Positions 19,288-26,610 of a stretch of DNA of 64,000 nt are shown one piece after another. The stretch spans positions 1,096-65,095 of the forward strand of contig JAGVUA010000049.1 in the NCBI GenBank assembly GCA_019136545.1, given 5' to 3'. This stretch comes from Betaproteobacteria bacterium (GTDB lineage: Bacteria; Pseudomonadota; Gammaproteobacteria; Burkholderiales; Rhodocyclaceae). The translations under genes and the position numbers were made by a program. The notes under the pieces are model-generated. The model ran no database searches and was not told the origin of the DNA. It saw only the letters and a list, made by a program, of their open reading frames with translations. Each line of letters begins with the position of its first letter. The first letter of the stretch is position 1.

Positions 19288-21132
19288 TTAGAAGGTATAG
19301 GAAACCATCGCGCTCAGGATGTCGCGGTCGCGCATCATGTTCATGTTGCCGCCACCGAAGAACGTGGTGTAGCCGATGCCGACCTTCCATTGATTGTGAT
19401 AGTCGAAGTTGAGGTTGAGGGCAACCGCCTTGCGACCATCGACGAAAGGCAGCGCGTTGGGGCTCGTGCCATGGACATCGTGATAGTAGTCGATCATCGG
19501 CGTCATGGTCCATCCGGACCCGAAGATGTTGGCGTAGGTCAGGCCCACTTCCGCGACATAGCCCCACGAGGTCTTGGTGGGGAGTTCGTAGTTGTTGAGC
19601 AGATAGGGCACACCGCCGGAACGATCAAGGTTCGGGTAGTGCGTCACGGCCAGTTCACCCAGGAAGTAGCCTTCGGCTGCGCCAAGCGGTGCGGTCCACT
19701 CCGGCGAGAACAGCCGGAAGCCCGTCAAGTGCGCTTGCCACTTCTTCTCGGTGACATAGCCGTCGACCATGGTTTCGGCGCCATTGGCCGCCACCGCTGC
19801 TGCGGCAAGGCTGTAGCGTCCCCCGAACGGCACGGTCGGATCGATGGCAACGCTGTCTCGCGGACGGTATGACAACTCGGCGCCAACCGCCCAGTCGCCC
19901 GCCTTGGTATTGAGCGAAACGCCGAAAAGGCTGCGGTTCTCGCCATATTGCTCGACGGCCGCTGAAATCACCTGGTTGGCCGGATCGGCAATACAGCCGG
20001 CGCTCCCGCCAATGCAGTAGGACTTGAAGCCGATGAATGGGATCTTGTCGTGATAACGGATGAAGTAAGCGGCGTACTCCGTATCGCCACCCGTGGGCTT
20101 GTAACGCAGGTTCAAGCCGAACTGACCGCTGTTCTTGGGCATGTCGCGCTGGACGGGAACGACCGTTCCGGCACCGATCAGATACTCCATGGTACGACCG
20201 CGCGTTGGATCGAAGTCGCCCAGCGTTCCTGCCGGAGCCGGAAAGCCGGCGCTGGTGAAGATGGGCGAGAAAGCGGCCAGGTTGTTGGGCACCGAGGTCG
20301 TGACGAAAGCGCCACGCCTGCCGCCCCTGCCCAGAAAGTCGGCGGAAGACCAATAGGTTCCCGCCGGATCGAAGATGAACCTGTTCCAGTGAAACTGATA
20401 ATAGGCCTCGGTCGAGAAACCTCCGCCGAGCCCGGTGGACAGCGAGATCATGGGCGCCGGGACGAAAACTTCCTTCAACTGGGCGCCGGGAATATGGATT
20501 TTGCGCAGATCAAGGGCGTTGATCGAATTGACGCCGCCGATGATGAAAATGTCCTCACCCCAACTGATGACCTGATTGCCGAACTTCAGTTTGGCGTTCT
20601 GCCCGCCCAGCGAAAACTCCTTCGACAGCCACAAGTCGAGAAGCGAGACGTTCTTCTCCATCGCGTCTTTGGCGTCGGGGTGCAAGGGCGTGCGCCTCGT
20701 GTCGTCGGCCAGGAAATCCGACGACCAGGTAAAACGGCCGAGCGCCGACCAATTGCCCTGTTCCTTCAGGAATAGCTCGTGCGTGCCCTTGAGCACGGCG
20801 GAAAAAACCCTGCCCTTCTTGTAGTTGAGGTCGCCGTCGTCGGTTTGGGCGTAGTTGAAGTCGGGGACCGAGGCGATGCCGCCGCCGGGGCCGTTGACGC
20901 GCTCGCCCAACGTGCCGGTGGTGGCGACGTTGCCTCCCGAGTCGTTGCTGATGATCGATCGGTCGGGCGACTGCAGGCGCATTTGCACGCCGAAGGAAAT
21001 GGTCGAGTCGAAGGTGCCGGTAATGCCGTTCTCCATCTCGAACTTGAAGGCTTGCGCCGGCAGGCTGGCACCAAGGCCGATCGCGGCGATCATCGTTGCC
21101 AGCGGCGACCAGCGGGTCGTAATGTTCTTCAT
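19288..21132 (-). CDS. DUF1302-like outer-membrane beta-barrel protein
   Basis: GGGGAGA RBS before ATG 21132. Signal peptide ending ...SLPAQA/FKFE. Alternating aromatic/Gly-rich strands. C-terminal ...MVSYTF, an OMP signature. Confidence 0.7.
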   Translation of the reverse strand: MKNITTRWSPLATMIAAIGLGASLPAQAFKFEMENGITGTFDSTISFGVQMRLQSPDRSIISNDSGGNVATTGTLGERVNGPGGGIASVPDFNYAQTDDGDLNYKKGRVFSAVLKGTHELFLKEQGNWSALGRFTWSSDFLADDTRRTPLHPDAKDAMEKNVSLLDLWLSKEFSLGGQNAKLKFGNQVISWGEDIFIIGGVNSINALDLRKIHIPGAQLKEVFVPAPMISLSTGLGGGFSTEAYYQFHWNRFIFDPAGTYWSSADFLGRGGRRGAFVTTSVPNNLAAFSPIFTSAGFPAPAGTLGDFDPTRGRTMEYLIGAGTVVPVQRDMPKNSGQFGLNLRYKPTGGDTEYAAYFIRYHDKIPFIGFKSYCIGGSAGCIADPANQVISAAVEQYGENRSLFGVSLNTKAGDWAVGAELSYRPRDSVAIDPTVPFGGRYSLAAAAVAANGAETMVDGYVTEKKWQAHLTGFRLFSPEWTAPLGAAEGYFLGELAVTHYPNLDRSGGVPYLLNNYELPTKTSWGYVAEVGLTYANIFGSGWTMTPMIDYYHDVHGTSPNALPFVDGRKAVALNLNFDYHNQWKVGIGYTTFFGGGNMNMMRDRDILSAMVSYTF

Positions 21133-21167
21133 CGTCTGTCTCCCCAATCAGTCAGATGCAATACGGA

Positions 21168-22523
21168 TCAACGTTCGCCGGCGCGCCGAAGTTCGTCGGG
21201 CTCGAAGCGCTTCGGGTCGATACGGCCCTCTGCACCCGCCAGCCAGTCCGTCGACTTCGACTCCTGTGTGGCGTTTTCCGCCATATAGCGGTTGACGTTG
21301 AGATCCCAGGACATGAACTCCTGGCTGACGCAGGCGCCCAGTTCTACGGCGGGATAGATAGAGGCTTCCATCACCCGCCAGAGCTTGCCCTGGGCATCGT
21401 AAAGATCCGCCGCCATGATCATCCAGGTGTCTTCATCGATGTAGAAGGCGCGCTTGGCGAACATGTTGCGCATGCCTTGCTTGATCGTGGCTTCGACCTT
21501 CCAGACGCGGTGCAGCTCGTAGCGCATCAAGTCCCGATTTGGATAGAGGCCGCCATAAATCTCCGACAACTTGCGCTTGGCGACGAACTTGAAGCTGTTG
21601 TAGGGAATGTACATCTCCTGCTTGCCCACCAGCTTCCAGTTGTAGCGGTCGAGCATGCCCGCAAACATCGGGTATTGATCGGCGGTCTCCAGGTTTTCGT
21701 ATCCCGGGATCGGATTGTCATACTCGAAGGCAGGCAGCCGCCTGACGCGACGTTGCCCGGGAAAGTACATCCAGGCGTCGTTGCCCTTGTCCATGAAGTA
21801 GTGCGCCATGATGACCTCGCCCGTGCGCGACGCAGGTGCCGTCGCCACGTTTAGGATCTTCATCTGCACGTCCCCGACATCGTCGATCGACTTGGCCTTG
21901 GCCGATGCAAATGGCGTGACCACCCACTGATCCTGGGCAAGCCCATAGAAACTGCCATCGGGATTGATGAAGTTGGTCTGGTAAAACTCTATGCGCCCTT
22001 CGCCCTGCCAGCGGAGGCGGTGATTCCAGATGGCCTCGGCGCCGTTTTTCGGAATCGGGAAGGGGAAGCCGCCGCCGACCGCCTGCGCCAGGTTGTCCTT
22101 GCCGTCGGTGGTGAGCTTGGCCACCGTGGCATTGAGGCGGGACTGGGTATACACCGAGTCCGGATAGCCGCAACTGCGCTGGGTCGGATAGACATCCATC
22201 CGATAGCCCTTGCGAGTCTTGATCAACTCAATGGCGCCTTCGGAAAGTTTGTCCTTGTATTTATCGACGTTGCTGGCATCGATGGAGAACATCGGCTTGT
22301 CGGCTGCGAAGGGATCGACGCGGGCATCGCCGAGCTTATGCTTGCCTTTCGGCAACCCACCTTTCCATTCCGGAATGCTGCCATCCTTGTTGCCGGCACG
22401 TTCGGCGCCGACGGGCGTCAGGTCCTTGCCCAAGCGCGCGACCTCCGGTTCGCCGACTGCCGCCAGCCCGTGCCCAGCGGCGGCCACGAGGCCGATGGTC
22501 AGCAGATATCGTGTCATGCTCAT
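21168..22523 (-). CDS. DUF1329-like (LolA-fold) periplasmic/lipid-carrier-type protein
   Basis: Signal peptide MSMTRYLLTIGLVAAAGHGLAA. Hallmark RLGKDLTPVGAERAGNKDGSIPEWKGG near the N-terminus. Confidence 0.7.
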   Translation of the reverse strand: MSMTRYLLTIGLVAAAGHGLAAVGEPEVARLGKDLTPVGAERAGNKDGSIPEWKGGLPKGKHKLGDARVDPFAADKPMFSIDASNVDKYKDKLSEGAIELIKTRKGYRMDVYPTQRSCGYPDSVYTQSRLNATVAKLTTDGKDNLAQAVGGGFPFPIPKNGAEAIWNHRLRWQGEGRIEFYQTNFINPDGSFYGLAQDQWVVTPFASAKAKSIDDVGDVQMKILNVATAPASRTGEVIMAHYFMDKGNDAWMYFPGQRRVRRLPAFEYDNPIPGYENLETADQYPMFAGMLDRYNWKLVGKQEMYIPYNSFKFVAKRKLSEIYGGLYPNRDLMRYELHRVWKVEATIKQGMRNMFAKRAFYIDEDTWMIMAADLYDAQGKLWRVMEASIYPAVELGACVSQEFMSWDLNVNRYMAENATQESKSTDWLAGAEGRIDPKRFEPDELRRAGER

Positions 22524-22574
22524 GTCTTGTCCCCTCGATCTGGTTGTGTTCTCTGCCTGATGCGTGTTGTGCTG

Positions 22575-23006
22575 CTATTCGATGGTCACACCGATGTTCT
22601 TGAGTTGCCCGACAACCTCTGCGCGAAATGCCGGGACGTCGTCCAGCGGCCGGCTGCGCAATTTGGCTACTTCCAACTCCGAATAGCGCGGAGCCCCGCG
22701 CGGAATCTCGTCGGGGCTGAATTCCTTGAGAATCCAGTTCAACAACTCGGCAACCGCGCCGTTCGGCAAGGCGGACTGCGAGGTCCCTGGCACCTGGACC
22801 AGGAAATCGCGTCCGTCGGGAACGCGCAGAAAATGACCGAGACTGTTGCGCATGGTTGGAATGCCGGCACCCGGACTGCCCGAACCGTCGATGCCGTGGC
22901 AGCCCGAACAATGCAGCATGTAGTTGGCCTGGGGCGAGCCGGCATCGGCGCCATGAACCGTACCGGCCAATGCCAGCATGCAAATACCGATGGAGATGCT
23001 TTTCAT
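22575..23006 (-). CDS. Monoheme cytochrome c (143 aa)
   Basis: Signal peptide MKSISIGICMLALAGTVHG. A single CSGCH. ATGA overlap with the upstream cytochrome gene. The 352-aa track ORF was trimmed. Confidence 0.75.
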   Translation of the reverse strand: MKSISIGICMLALAGTVHGADAGSPQANYMLHCSGCHGIDGSGSPGAGIPTMRNSLGHFLRVPDGRDFLVQVPGTSQSALPNGAVAELLNWILKEFSPDEIPRGAPRYSELEVAKLRSRPLDDVPAFRAEVVGQLKNIGVTIE

Positions 23007-23476
23007 CGCAATCCTTTTGCCAATTTGGCGCGCAGCGCGTAAGTCAGCCCTGGCGACCCGCCTCGGGAGCGCATCTGGGCAACCCACTGCGACGTGAGCC
23101 AGTCTGCATCGCTGATACCATTGAACTGCGCAAGCACGTAGCGCAGCACTGCCGCAATATCTTCGTCGGCCAGACCGGCGAACGAAGGCATCCGCCCAAG
23201 AAAGCGCATGCCTTCCATTTCTACCATGCCGGTCATGCCCGTCAATGGCACGCTGACCAGGTATTCGCGTCCGCTGGGCTGGTCGACATAGCGGCCGACG
23301 GTATTCTGCAAAGGCGGTGCGACGCCCTGTGCTCCGCGGCCGTCGGGCTGATGGCAGACCTGGCAATGCTCGGTATAGAGCGCTTTGCCCCGGACCGCCT
23401 GATCGGCGAAGGTTGGTACCGGCACGGTCATGGTCATGGCGATGATGCAGGTCGATACAGATACCGCAACCCGCAT
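23003..23476 (-). CDS. Monoheme cytochrome c (157 aa)
   Basis: A single CQVCH and a distal Met (GRMPSF). Starts 3 nt after the stop of the TTQ small-subunit gene. Confidence 0.75.
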   Translation of the reverse strand: MRVAVSVSTCIIAMTMTVPVPTFADQAVRGKALYTEHCQVCHQPDGRGAQGVAPPLQNTVGRYVDQPSGREYLVSVPLTGMTGMVEMEGMRFLGRMPSFAGLADEDIAAVLRYVLAQFNGISDADWLTSQWVAQMRSRGGSPGLTYALRAKLAKGLR

Positions 23477-23479
23477 GAC

Positions 23480-24004
23480 TCAGCCCCGCTTCTCCGCTAC
23501 GCCGACGATTGCGGCGACCGTGCAATGGTAGGTGTTGCTGCTGTTGGCCATGCACCAGTTGACGTCGTTGTGCACCCCCATGCGATAACCCGGGCGTTCG
23601 CCTTCGTTGCGGTTGCAGAAGCACTGGCCGCACATCGTCACGCCACAGCAGTCGTTGTAGCTGATCAGATAGTCCTTGCCATCATTGGGATTGTGGCAGG
23701 TGCCGACCCAGGTCACCTTCGAGACTTCCGTTCCGGGCGGGCACGAGGACACGCTGCCACCGCAGCAGCTGCAGATGAAGCCGTCGAGCGCGCAGTGACG
23801 CCAGTATTCGCAACTGGTTTCGTCGTTGATCTTGCTTTTGGGTTTTCCGCTGGCGGCCTTGGCGACGCGGTCGAACGGCAGTACCGGCAGCAGCACCGCG
23901 GAGCCCAGCATCAGCTTGCCCAGGCGTGCCACGGCGCTACGCCGCGATGCGGACTGGGCAACGCGCCTCGACTGCTTTTCAAAGAAATCGTCGAACCATT
24001 TCAT
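23480..24004 (-). CDS. mauA: TTQ amine dehydrogenase small (light) subunit, MauA/AauA family
   Basis: CEYWRHCALDGFICSCCGGSVSSCPPGT...VTWVGTCHNPNDGKDYLISYNDCCG...DVNWCMANSSNTYHCT aligns by eye with the methylamine dehydrogenase light chain, including both TTQ Trp positions. Arg-rich Tat-like leader. Confidence 0.85.
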   Translation of the reverse strand: MKWFDDFFEKQSRRVAQSASRRSAVARLGKLMLGSAVLLPVLPFDRVAKAASGKPKSKINDETSCEYWRHCALDGFICSCCGGSVSSCPPGTEVSKVTWVGTCHNPNDGKDYLISYNDCCGVTMCGQCFCNRNEGERPGYRMGVHNDVNWCMANSSNTYHCTVAAIVGVAEKRG

Positions 24005-24624
24005 GAAACGCTCCTTGAAGCATGCGCCGTTGCATCGGCATGATCGATGAATTCCTGGATGGAGGCAACACCCGCCTCCTTGGCGGTAAAGAGACTTTCC
24101 AGATGCTCGCGCGAATTGATCAGCCCCTTGGCCCGCAGGCGTCCCGCCTCGTCGATCAATACCGCGTAGGGCAGCTTGCCGACATGGAAGGTGATGGCCA
24201 GTTGGCTCGACAAGACGTACGGAAAGCTGCTCAGCTCGGCGCTGCGATAAAAGGCGAGATGCTCGGGCAGTTCGCCATCACTGGCGAGCACGATGTCGAG
24301 CCAGTCCTTCTCGGCGGTGCGAATCGACTTGAGGATCGGCAGCAGTTTCTTGCACACCGGACAGGTCGGCGAGAGGAAGAACAGCAACTGACTTCTGCCC
24401 AGCGCGGATCCGACATGGATTTCGTCGCCGCCGGCGATCGCCGATAGCGTCATGATCGGGCTGGGATCGCCGACCTTCGGTCCCTGATCGATCATCAGCG
24501 CGCCCATCGGCGCGATGCGTTCGTAGAGCACGCCGATTTGACGGGAAAGTGCCACCACGATCACCACCAGCGCCAGGACAACCAGCCACAGAACGATATT
24601 GGAAATGATGAGTGCTTCCTGCAT
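24001..24624 (-). CDS. mauD: MauD-like thioredoxin-fold accessory protein
   Basis: N-terminal TM helix. CPVC redox motif in LLFFLSPTCPVCKKLLP. ATGA overlap with mauA. Confidence 0.8.
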   Translation of the reverse strand: MQEALIISNIVLWLVVLALVVIVVALSRQIGVLYERIAPMGALMIDQGPKVGDPSPIMTLSAIAGGDEIHVGSALGRSQLLFFLSPTCPVCKKLLPILKSIRTAEKDWLDIVLASDGELPEHLAFYRSAELSSFPYVLSSQLAITFHVGKLPYAVLIDEAGRLRAKGLINSREHLESLFTAKEAGVASIQEFIDHADATAHASRSVS

Positions 24625-24637
24625 GCCCTGTCCTCGA

Positions 24638-25183
24638 TTAGCGAAAAACCGGCGTGGCCGGCCGATTGGCCAGCAACTGATTGAAAACGACGTACAAGCC
24701 GAACAGTGCCAGCACGGTGGCTGTAACGGTCAGGTAATCCAGCCAGACCAAACCGCGTTCGATGTCGCCATGCATCACGACCAGAACGGCGGCCATCAAG
24801 GCCAGATTGCGCGATACCAAGCCCCACGACAGCGGTTGATGCGATAGCCCGCCGCATCCGCAATCGATTTCGCGCCGCCCCCTGAGCAGGTTGACGACCA
24901 CGGCGCCCGTTGCCAGCGACAGCACCAACAAGGCTGTCCCGCCGCCCATCGTGGCGGTTTTCGGAAGCAGCAGCATGACGCCGGCAGCGGCCTCCATGAC
25001 GGGCAAACAGACCGCCAGCACCGGCACCCACGAAACGGGCAACAGCCGATAGTTTTCGACCGCGGCGCCGAAAACCAGCGGATCGCGCAGTTTCTGCCAG
25101 GCACCGAAGACCAGCAGGATGGCCAATGTCGCCGCCAGCCCGTGTACGGCAACTGGGTCGAAAACGAGCGAAAAAACGGCCAT
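24638..25183 (-). CDS. mauE: MauE/DoxX-like membrane accessory protein
   Basis: Four hydrophobic helices. CGCGG motif. TAATG overlap with the large-subunit gene. Confidence 0.75.
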   Translation of the reverse strand: MAVFSLVFDPVAVHGLAATLAILLVFGAWQKLRDPLVFGAAVENYRLLPVSWVPVLAVCLPVMEAAAGVMLLLPKTATMGGGTALLVLSLATGAVVVNLLRGRREIDCGCGGLSHQPLSWGLVSRNLALMAAVLVVMHGDIERGLVWLDYLTVTATVLALFGLYVVFNQLLANRPATPVFR

Positions 25184-26334
25184 TACTGGACTTCCAGCAA
25201 AGTCGGCGTGTCTCCAGGCACAGGGCCCGACAGAACTTTCTTCAGGCGGGCACCGCCTTCAAACACCGTGATGCTGGGCCGTTCGATGGTAAAGGCGAAG
25301 AGGCGAGGATTTTTGTCCTGGCTCACTGCGACGCCGCTGATTTCGTGCACCTTGACTCTGGACAGCCGCGCCTTGCCGGCAACGTCGAACGCCCAGATTT
25401 CGTGCGCTGGATCCTTGTGGCTGCCTTCGCGGCCCTTGGGATGCATGGTGACGTAGGCGATACCGCTTTCGACATGCAGGGCCACGGGTTGGGTGCCGCC
25501 CGGCCGCCAACCCTGCTTGACGTCCTGCGCAGTTACCATCGGCCAGGGGGGCTCGGCGACGGCGGCTTCCTGGGCGATGTTGACCGACTGCCAGTTCCCC
25601 TTGAAGGAAATGAAGTGGTACACGTCGCCCGCTTGTGCGCCCGTGATGAACAGCGCGTCATCGTCGGGATCGAAGAAGCGCGCGCTCTTCTTCTTGGTGG
25701 TCGGGTTGCCGTCCCGATCGTAGCTCACCGTCAACATTGTGCCGTCGCCGCACAAGGTGGCGAAGCGGTTGACCGATTTCGCCGGATAGACGCCAAAGCA
25801 ACCCGGCGTCTGGATTTCGGCAACCATTTTTTCCTGGCGGCGATCGACGATGCTGATCGAGGTGGCCGGAGTGGCGTTTTGTACCAGGATGAAGCGCCCG
25901 TCCGCCGAAGTGCGCATCGTTGCGAGCGTCGGCAATGCCAGGGCATGGCGTGCCGGATAGGGAATCTCGGCTTTCAGTTTGAGCGTGGCGGCATCGAAGA
26001 CGTTGATTTCTTCATGACGCTCGCCGCGATTGACCTTGGTGAAATAGGTAATGACGGCATAGATCTCGGATCGATCCGGCGCAAGCGTGGTCTGCGCGAA
26101 ACTGCCGGTGGATATCATGCCCTCGAGCTTCAGATTGCGGCCGTCGATGATGTACATGCGACCGTCCGGAAGGTGAGGCAGGGTGACGTCGGTGAAATAA
26201 AGACGGTAAGGCGAGGCTGGCGGCAGCGCGGCCATCGTCGTGATTTGCTCGACGGGCAACTCCGCCCCTACGGGCATCGCAATACCGGCTGCCCAGAAAA
26301 ATACCGGACACGCTCGCAGAAAGCGCCGAAGCAT
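25183..26334 (-). CDS. mauB: TTQ amine dehydrogenase large (heavy) subunit, MauB/AauB family
   Basis: AAGGAGG RBS and a signal peptide. 383 aa of propeller-type sequence (RLYFTDVTLPHLPDGRMYIIDG...FILVQNATPATSISIVD). First gene of the B-E-D-A order. Confidence 0.8.
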   Translation of the reverse strand: MLRRFLRACPVFFWAAGIAMPVGAELPVEQITTMAALPPASPYRLYFTDVTLPHLPDGRMYIIDGRNLKLEGMISTGSFAQTTLAPDRSEIYAVITYFTKVNRGERHEEINVFDAATLKLKAEIPYPARHALALPTLATMRTSADGRFILVQNATPATSISIVDRRQEKMVAEIQTPGCFGVYPAKSVNRFATLCGDGTMLTVSYDRDGNPTTKKKSARFFDPDDDALFITGAQAGDVYHFISFKGNWQSVNIAQEAAVAEPPWPMVTAQDVKQGWRPGGTQPVALHVESGIAYVTMHPKGREGSHKDPAHEIWAFDVAGKARLSRVKVHEISGVAVSQDKNPRLFAFTIERPSITVFEGGARLKKVLSGPVPGDTPTLLEVQ

Positions 26335-26374
26335 CTGTCCCCTCCTTTAGCCGGTTACCGGCATGAGTTTATTG

Positions 26375-26388
26375 TTGATATGCATCAA
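26375..26388. promoter_or_regulatory. Perfect FNR/CRP-family consensus box TTGAT-ATGC-ATCAA
   Basis: Seen directly. Centred 47 nt upstream of the mauB-like ATG (26334) and 229 nt upstream of the AraC-like ATG. Confidence 0.5.
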
Positions 26389-26581
26389 ACTGCAGTTCGG
26401 ATTTTCTTCCAACCTCCTCGCTCCGCGGTAGCCGAAATCGGAAAAAGCTTGCAAAAAGGTCACGGGGTTTCCGTTGTCTCGAGTGTTGGACATTTCCAAT
26501 TTATAACCCTATTGATCAGCGATTCCGTTATGCTTTGGCATCCAGGAAGGCCTGATTTCATGTTGCTTTGCGACAATTTCG

Positions 26582-26595
26582 ATTGATCGATCAAT
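26582..26595. promoter_or_regulatory. Perfect 14-bp palindrome ATTGATCGATCAAT
   Basis: Seen directly. Ends 15 nt upstream of the AraC-like ATG 26611. Confidence 0.35.
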
Positions 26596-26610
26596 GCAAG
26601 CCTCGGCCAA

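Noticed and set aside
22575-23633. 352-aa - strand ORF read as a single large protein
   Set aside because: Only the last 143 aa (signal peptide plus CSGCH) look like a protein. The rest overlaps the separate 157-aa cytochrome gene and the mauA-like gene in other frames.
26375-26388. FNR box acting as a class II activator site for the amine dehydrogenase operon
   Set aside because: Centring the box at -41.5 would put the transcription start inside the RBS (26340-26346). Repression, or service to the divergent gene, fits the geometry better.
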